A stretch of DNA of 17,291 nt, from NCBI GenBank assembly GCA_000388065.2, contig KB932209.1. One strand, 5' to 3'. The notes under the pieces were generated by a model. It was given only the letters and a program-made list of their open reading frames with translations. It was not told where the DNA came from and did not search any database. Source of the DNA: Fonticula alba ATCC 38817 (Eukaryota; Protista; Nucleariida). A program made the position numbers and the translations under genes. Shown one piece after another: positions 12,074 through 17,291 of the stretch (its first letter is position 1; each line of letters opens with the position of its first letter).

Positions 12074-12439
12074 CGGGTACGCGTGTGGCTGTGCGAGTTG
12101 TCGCACCCAGCTCGATGTCCAGCTGAAGAAGGAGGCAAACTGGACAACATGGTGACAGGGGTGACAGCGGCGGCAGGGACAGCACATGCGTCAATACTGG
12201 TGGCAAGATGCACGCCCAATTGGTCGGACAACAGGGCGACAAGCGGCCAGCGACAGCCGAGATGGCGGCCAAATATGCAGCAAAGGGACACGCACGGAGG
12301 ACGAATCACGCTGCAGGATGGAAAGGGGACGCTTGACCGAGTGTTCCCGGCGCAGGACATCGCTAGCGCTATTCTGCGCCTCATCACGGAGCCGCTCCAG
12401 CCGGTAGCCGGTCTTCACGGGGGCACTGTGCCCGGACAT
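8752..12439 (-). CDS. NUP93: Nuclear pore complex protein Nup93/Nic96, 8 exons as assembled (about 905 aa)
   Basis: Exons 12439-12296, 12139-12081, 12007-11611, 11514-11420, 11265-11221, 11070-9562, 9427-9079 and 8871-8752. All introns are GT-AG with matching phases, totalling 2718 nt including the stop. Nic96-type motifs: FWPQIYYLLRCG, TTEDYLWLQL, YLQVLLLCGLFPQAVDYL, DAFHLAVCLVYHGLL, FLEKKYCEYI...PGG, and a C-terminus (LVPFVAINAIPLSPDINAILLQRDAQLF) resembling that of Nup93. The 5' exon set appears incomplete in this copy. Confidence 0.9.
12037..12075 (+). repeat. Compound (TG)n(CG)n microsatellite filling most of a 73-nt NUP93 intron
   Basis: gtgtgtgt...gtgtgcgcgcgcgcg lies within intron 12080-12008. 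Confidence 0.9.
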
Positions 12440-12613
12440 GGCGGACACTGGCGGATGGAAGGGGAAGAGAGAGAGAGAAAGAGCGCGTGTAAGGAAAAGG
12501 ATGGGGAGACGAAGGCAGCTTTTGCTGTTACTGTTCTCGAGCGACCCCTCACTCGGACCACAGGGAGTGCAGAGAAGGGACTCGAATCGGCGCGCACACC
12601 GGGGCGGAGCAAG

Positions 12614-12646
<33 letters not shown>

Positions 12647-13254
12647 GCGCACTAAAAAGGGAAGGACAGGCGGGAGGGGACGGGAAGGAGAGCAGACAAG
12701 CGGGCAAGAGCGCCGGCTGGAGAGAGGAAGAGGCGCAAGCAGCAATGGAGGAAAGAGGGGGGGAGGGAGGTGGGTACATGTCTGCCCGGACCAGGGCCGG
12801 AAGTGGGGCCTCGGAAAAGGCCCTGGCTTTCACCCACTGAAGCCACTCGAGGGGGGGGGGGGGGGGAAAGCAAGAGACAAAGAGACGAAGAGAGTGTCGT
12901 TGTGAATGAGCCCGAGACAGGGTCCCAGGAGAAGGAGGCCGAGGCCGAGAGGTAAACCCCCGGCAGCGCTCTCCGTCGCCAATTGGCGGGCTCCATGCAC
13001 AACGCCACGCTTATCACCCCAACACGACACCGGCCGGCGCGGCGGGGGGGCGATGTGGCGTGGCCGCGCGCTCGCGTCGTTTCCCCGCCCCCGCCCCCCG
13101 CCGGCAGGGTCTAGCATCTAGGTAGGGCCAGTAGTCCACTTCGTTGGCAGCTATCGACACCCAGCTCCCGCCGGAGGAGCGCGCATGGTCGTGTGCGTGG
13201 GTGTCTGCCAATTTCGCCGGATCGCGCACGCGCGTCCCGACGCCCCCCCCCCCC
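12130..13254 (+). repeat. Direct repeat copy 1 (at least 1125 bp)
   Basis: Matches 16167-17291 at a constant offset of 4037. The ORF track shows identical peptides shifted by 4037, and the 16-G run has the same length in both copies. Confidence 0.97.
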
Positions 13255-13350
13255 CCCAAGACCCACAACCGCCCACCAAAAGGCACCGGCAAACAAAAAA
13301 AAACAAAGCAAAAACCAGAAACGAACCGCACAACCAAAAAAAAGGCCACC

Positions 13351-13388
<38 letters not shown>

Positions 13389-13551
13389 CTCCTCCCCCCC
13401 CCCCCCCTACCACCAACACCAACACCACACTCGCACATCCCTGCCTGCCGACTGGAAGAAAAGGAGCCCGCCTTCCTCCTCCCCTTCCCTCTTGGCCCTC
13501 TGTCCGGACCTCCCTTCCTCTTTCTTCGGATCCATTTCCCCTTTTCACATC
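12440..13551. promoter_or_regulatory. Divergent NUP93/LAS1 intergenic region (putative bidirectional promoter and 5' UTRs)
   Basis: Lies between head-to-head ATGs at 12439 (-) and 13552 (+). Homopolymer polarity switches from a G-run (12851-12866) to C-runs (13243 onward). A probable NUP93 5'-UTR intron spans 12552-12448. Confidence 0.55.
13352..13407 (+). repeat. Poly-C tract (36 C plus 14 C) upstream of LAS1
   Basis: C runs at 13352-13387 and 13394-13407. Confidence 0.95.
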
Positions 13552-15732
13552 ATGGGAGCGCTGGACGCCGGGATGTGCTTGGATCCGCCCGGTGCGGATG
13601 CCACCACGCCGGCCGACCATGACGAACACCACTCCCACCACCAGTCGCAGCTTGCCTCATTGCGCCATGCCCAGGGCCTCGCGCGCAGCATGCGCTACGT
13701 CCCGTGGGCCGATACCCGCGAGTGGCAGGCCACCTACCACCAGCTTTACAGCTCGACGCCGTGGGCACGGGCGGCCGGGGTGGCGCGTGTGCGCACCTGG
13801 GCCGCACGCCTGCCGCGACTCCCGCCGGCCGTCGAATCGACAGCCCAGTTCGTGGAGCTGCTGGATCGCTGCACCGAGCGAGAGGGCGCCAATGCGCCCA
13901 TGCCGGGGCTCTGTCAGACCGGCGCGCTGCCATCGCCGGCTCTGGCCCAAGCCGGGTCCCTGCGACTGGCCCTCTCGCTGGCGGTCATTCGCTTTGTCAA
14001 TGGCATTGTGGACCCAGCGCAGAAGGGCGGCTTTGCCGGCTCCATTGCCATGATCGCCGAGCGCCTGGAGCTGCCCCAGGTGTTCATCGACATCCGGCAT
14101 GAGGCCACCCATGGGAACACCCTGCCGACGCTGCCGATGCTGGTCAGTGCCGCCGGACAGGCGCTCACTTGGCTCCGCTCGTACTACTGGGAGCCGCAGC
14201 AGGAGGCCATTGCCTCGGCCCTGGCTGGGCTGGACCTGGTGTTGGATCAGTATTTCGAGGCGGCGGCGAGTCAGGCGCGTGATGCGGCGGCGCAGCAGGA
14301 ACGCCGTCAGCAGCAGGAGCTCCAGGCTCTGCGCCAGGCCTTCGGTCGGGGCCGGGCTTTGGCCCGGCAGGAGGCTTCTGGAGATTCGGCGGCCGCCCAG
14401 CCGCCGGCCTCCTCGCCCTCCGGCACTGACAACCCGTCGGAGGGCACCCCGGCCTTCCCGACGGATTACGCCTCCTTCCGGTCCATCCTGCAAAAGACGG
14501 TCCCCTGCACCATCCCCCTGGATTCGGGCAATGTGCTGGCGGTCATTCGCCGGCTGCAGAGTGACCTGCGAAAGGCCTACCGGTCGCGGCAGAAGCACGG
14601 GCCGCGGGTGAACTCGCCAGCCACGGCCGCCGTGGCCGCCTGGCCAGTGGCCCTGCGTGCCTTGCAGAGCCACTGGCCCAACTTCCCGTACCAGGCGCTG
14701 GGGGCCTTCCTCAAGGTGCTGGAGTCTGGCCTGGACCTGGCCGAGACCCCGGTCGATGTGTCCCCGGCTAGCCGGCCTGTCGGGTCCAATCCCGATGAGT
14801 CCCTGGCCGGGGAGATCCTCGGCGTGCTGGTGGCATTTGTGGGGGCCGATACCGGGCCGGCGGCGCAGGCGCTACTGGGCCGCGCTGTGGCCCTGGCCCG
14901 GAGTCCCCCGACGGCCACTGGCGGTGACGGAGGCGCCCGCTTCCGCGGGGACCTGGCCGCTCTGCTGGCTCAGGTGGCCACTCTGGCCGGGACCGGCACA
15001 CACCGTGCTTTGGCCACTCAGGCACAGGAACTGCTCGGGCAAATGCCCGCCCTCGAGCCCGCTGGAAGCGCCCCATCGCAGAGCTCCTCCACTCGGCCGG
15101 ATGTCGTCAGTCGGGCCATCAGCTCGCAACTAAGCCGCCTTGCGGCCTTGGAGGCCCGGCTACCGGGGACCATGTCGGCGCCGGGGGCCCGGGCACCGGC
15201 TGTCCCGGATACCCCCGCCCCAACGCCGGCCAGCTCGAGCCCGGTGGTTATGGCATCGCCGCGCGGCCTTTGGGAGGAGGTGCCCGACTGGCAGCCGGCT
15301 CCGCTGGGCAGCTGCTCGGGCTTTTTCGACAGCGCCACCATGTTCGATCTACCGGCTCACTGTTCGGACTTTTGGCGACAAGTGGACGCCGAGCGGGCCG
15401 CTGCCGCTGCTGCCGCCGCCGCCGCCGCCGCTGCTGCTGCTGCTGCTGGCGATGCCACTGCCGCCATCGCCCCCAGAATCGACCCCTCGTGCACCTCCAC
15501 TGGTACGTCCATGGTGCTTGCTCCGGTTGCACTCCGACGGGCGAGTGGGGCGCACTTCTTTTCTTTTTTTTTCCCCTCGACCTCCGCCTCTCCCCCGACC
15601 CGGGCCCGCATTTGCCCTGGCTCTGACCGACATCCCCATTCAGACTCGGAGTCCCGACACCGGAGCACGTCGCCGCGGACCGAGACTGCCGGCCCGAAGC
15701 CTGTGGCAGTAAGGTCGATCGACCTGCTGTGA
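13552..15732 (+). CDS. LAS1: Las1 family HEPN endoribonuclease (pre-rRNA ITS2 C2 cleavage, Grc3/Nol9 partner), about 679 aa if the 3' intron is spliced
   Basis: Las1 domain motifs VPWADTREWQATYHQLY, RVRTWAAR..LPPAVESTA, LRLALSLAVIRFVNGIVDPAQ, IAERLELPQVFIDIRHEATHGNTLPTL and ALTWLRSYYW. HEPN RxxxxH motif RHEATH at 14095-14112. Las1-type C-terminal tail WEEVPDWQPAPLG at 15271-15309. First in-frame ATG at 13552. Probable intron 15503-15643 (GTACGT...CTGAC...CAG). Confidence 0.92.
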   Translation: MGALDAGMCLDPPGADATTPADHDEHHSHHQSQLASLRHAQGLARSMRYVPWADTREWQATYHQLYSSTPWARAAGVARVRTWAARLPRLPPAVESTAQFVELLDRCTEREGANAPMPGLCQTGALPSPALAQAGSLRLALSLAVIRFVNGIVDPAQKGGFAGSIAMIAERLELPQVFIDIRHEATHGNTLPTLPMLVSAAGQALTWLRSYYWEPQQEAIASALAGLDLVLDQYFEAAASQARDAAAQQERRQQQELQALRQAFGRGRALARQEASGDSAAAQPPASSPSGTDNPSEGTPAFPTDYASFRSILQKTVPCTIPLDSGNVLAVIRRLQSDLRKAYRSRQKHGPRVNSPATAAVAAWPVALRALQSHWPNFPYQALGAFLKVLESGLDLAETPVDVSPASRPVGSNPDESLAGEILGVLVAFVGADTGPAAQALLGRAVALARSPPTATGGDGGARFRGDLAALLAQVATLAGTGTHRALATQAQELLGQMPALEPAGSAPSQSSSTRPDVVSRAISSQLSRLAALEARLPGTMSAPGARAPAVPDTPAPTPASSSPVVMASPRGLWEEVPDWQPAPLGSCSGFFDSATMFDLPAHCSDFWRQVDAERAAAAAAAAAAAAAAAAAGDATAAIAPRIDPSCTSTGTSMVLAPVALRRASGAHFFSFFFPSTSASPPTRARICPGSDRHPHSDSESRHRSTSPRTETAGPKPVAVRSIDLL
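15397..15447 (+). repeat. Coding (GCC/GCT)n repeat giving about 17 Ala near the Las1 C-terminus
   Basis: gccgctgccgctgctgccgccgcc...gctgct in the LAS1 frame. Confidence 0.9.
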
Positions 15733-15773
15733 TGGAACTCCACATTGATGGAGCCCTCATTGCTTCCCCCCCC

Positions 15774-15783
15774 NNNNNNNNNN
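15774..15783. other. Assembly gap (10 N) between a C-run and a 21-G run
   Basis: N run directly visible. It joins the LAS1 3' flank to NUP93 intron sequence. Confidence 0.98.
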
Positions 15784-15898
15784 GGGGGGGGGGGGGGGGG
15801 GGGGAAGAGTGGTTAGCGCACTCGCAACACGGCCAGTTCAGTGTGGCAAAAGGGATGACAGCAAAAGGAAGAGAAACGATCACGGGGCAGACACATAC

Positions 15899-16476
15899 AT
15901 CGACATCGGTCTCGGACGTATGGAAGGTCGACGGCGAGATGTCGGCGGGAACCTGAAGGGATGAAAGGGTGCGCTGCTGCTTGTCCAGATCAACTCCGCC
16001 CATGGCCAGGAAGACGCGGCTGTGTAACGGTCACAGAGGAGAGGTGGGAGAGGGGGCAAATGCATGTGGGTGTGTGTGTGTGTGTGTCTATGGGGTCAAT
16101 GGCGGCCATGCAAGCGTGCGAGCAATGGCAGACAGACGCACCCGGTGCTTCCTGATCCGGAGAAGGAGGAGGCAAACTGGACAACATGGTGACAGGGGTG
16201 ACAGCGGCGGCAGGGACAGCACATGCGTCAATACTGGTGGCAAGATGCACGCCCAATTGGTCGGACAACAGGGCGACAAGCGGCCAGCGACAGCCGAGAT
16301 GGCGGCCAAATATGCAGCAAAGGGACACGCACGGAGGACGAATCACGCTGCAGGATGGAAAGGGGACGCTTGACCGAGTGTTCCCGGCGCAGGACATCGC
16401 TAGCGCTATTCTGCGCCTCATCACGGAGCCGCTCCAGCCGGTAGCCGGTCTTCACGGGGGCACTGTGCCCGGACAT
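15899..16476 (-). CDS. NUP93: Second copy of the Nup93 5' end: exon 1 duplicate plus two exons (35 nt, 121 nt) absent from the first copy; partial gene
   Basis: Exons 16476-16333 (identical to 12439-12296), 16176-16142 (FASSFSGSGSTG) and 16019-15899 (RVFLAMGGVDLDKQQRTLSSLQVPADISPSTFHTSETDVD). They splice in frame through GTGCGT/CAG sites and end at a GTATGT donor. The peptide resembles the Nup93 N-terminal segment (small-x-x-hydrophobic-L-x-x-x-G-x-D ... TD[IV]) as I recall it. Confidence 0.75.
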
Positions 16477-16650
16477 GGCGGACACTGGCGGATGGAAGGG
16501 GAAGAGAGAGAGAGAAAGAGCGCGTGTAAGGAAAAGGATGGGGAGACGAAGGCAGCTTTTGCTGTTACTGTTCTCGAGCGACCCCTCACTCGGACCACAG
16601 GGAGTGCAGAGAAGGGACTCGAATCGGCGCGCACACCGGGGCGGAGCAAG

Positions 16651-16683
<33 letters not shown>

Positions 16684-17291
16684 GCGCACTAAAAAGGGAA
16701 GGACAGGCGGGAGGGGACGGGAAGGAGAGCAGACAAGCGGGCAAGAGCGCCGGCTGGAGAGAGGAAGAGGCGCAAGCAGCAATGGAGGAAAGAGGGGGGG
16801 AGGGAGGTGGGTACATGTCTGCCCGGACCAGGGCCGGAAGTGGGGCCTCGGAAAAGGCCCTGGCTTTCACCCACTGAAGCCACTCGAGGGGGGGGGGGGG
16901 GGGAAAGCAAGAGACAAAGAGACGAAGAGAGTGTCGTTGTGAATGAGCCCGAGACAGGGTCCCAGGAGAAGGAGGCCGAGGCCGAGAGGTAAACCCCCGG
17001 CAGCGCTCTCCGTCGCCAATTGGCGGGCTCCATGCACAACGCCACGCTTATCACCCCAACACGACACCGGCCGGCGCGGCGGGGGGGCGATGTGGCGTGG
17101 CCGCGCGCTCGCGTCGTTTCCCCGCCCCCGCCCCCCGCCGGCAGGGTCTAGCATCTAGGTAGGGCCAGTAGTCCACTTCGTTGGCAGCTATCGACACCCA
17201 GCTCCCGCCGGAGGAGCGCGCATGGTCGTGTGCGTGGGTGTCTGCCAATTTCGCCGGATCGCGCACGCGCGTCCCGACGCCCCCCCCCCCC
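16167..17291 (+). repeat. Direct repeat copy 2, running to the window end
   Basis: Same sequence as 12130-13254 wherever I compared them. It diverges upstream of 16167 (ccggagaaggagg versus ctgaagaagg). Confidence 0.97.

Noticed and set aside
12570-12600. B-box-like GATTCGAGTCC on the minus strand (tRNA or SINE candidate)
   Set aside because: The flanks do not form a T-stem or acceptor stem, and I see no A-box or cloverleaf.
12794-12803. ETS-like CCGGAAGT motif in the divergent promoter
   Set aside because: The same 8-mer occurs elsewhere in the window, including in coding sequence near 3707. ETS factors are metazoan and the host appears not to be.
12770-12955. Short ORF with basic patches ending at an AG|GTAAAC donor, considered as an upstream LAS1 coding exon
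   Set aside because: No in-frame ATG and no convincing phase-2 acceptor before the LAS1 domain.
14095-14112. HEPN motif as a sign of a toxin, defence or Cas13-like system
   Set aside because: The surrounding motifs identify the housekeeping eukaryotic Las1. There is no CRISPR array or defence-gene context.
12130-16166. 4037-bp unit as an LTR element or transposon bounded by direct repeats
   Set aside because: The repeat contains a NUP93 exon and host promoter, lacks TG...CA ends, PBS/PPT and target-site duplication, and encloses LAS1 rather than gag-pol or a transposase.

Overview
GC-rich eukaryotic genomic DNA with short GT-AG introns, many microsatellites, long G/C homopolymers and two assembly gaps (3824-4194 and 15774-15783). 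The style suggests a unicellular opisthokont such as Fonticula, but that is an unverified impression. I can support three protein-coding genes: a minus-strand DH-PH RhoGEF with a Pro-rich tail and C-terminal SH3-like domain (802-4527, part of DH lost in the gap), a minus-strand multi-exon Nup93/Nic96 nucleoporin (8752-12439), and a divergent plus-strand Las1 HEPN pre-rRNA endonuclease (13552-15732). The most striking structure is an apparently exact direct repeat (12130-13254 = 16167-17291). Two Nup93 5' exons exist only next to the second copy, so as assembled LAS1 sits inside NUP93. This is either a real rearrangement or, more likely, a misassembly. About 4 kb between the RhoGEF and NUP93 has no recognisable coding sequence. 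Most ORFs in the track are GC-rich or antisense artefacts. I found no convincing novel multi-gene system. Family assignments rest on motifs recalled from memory, not on database searches.
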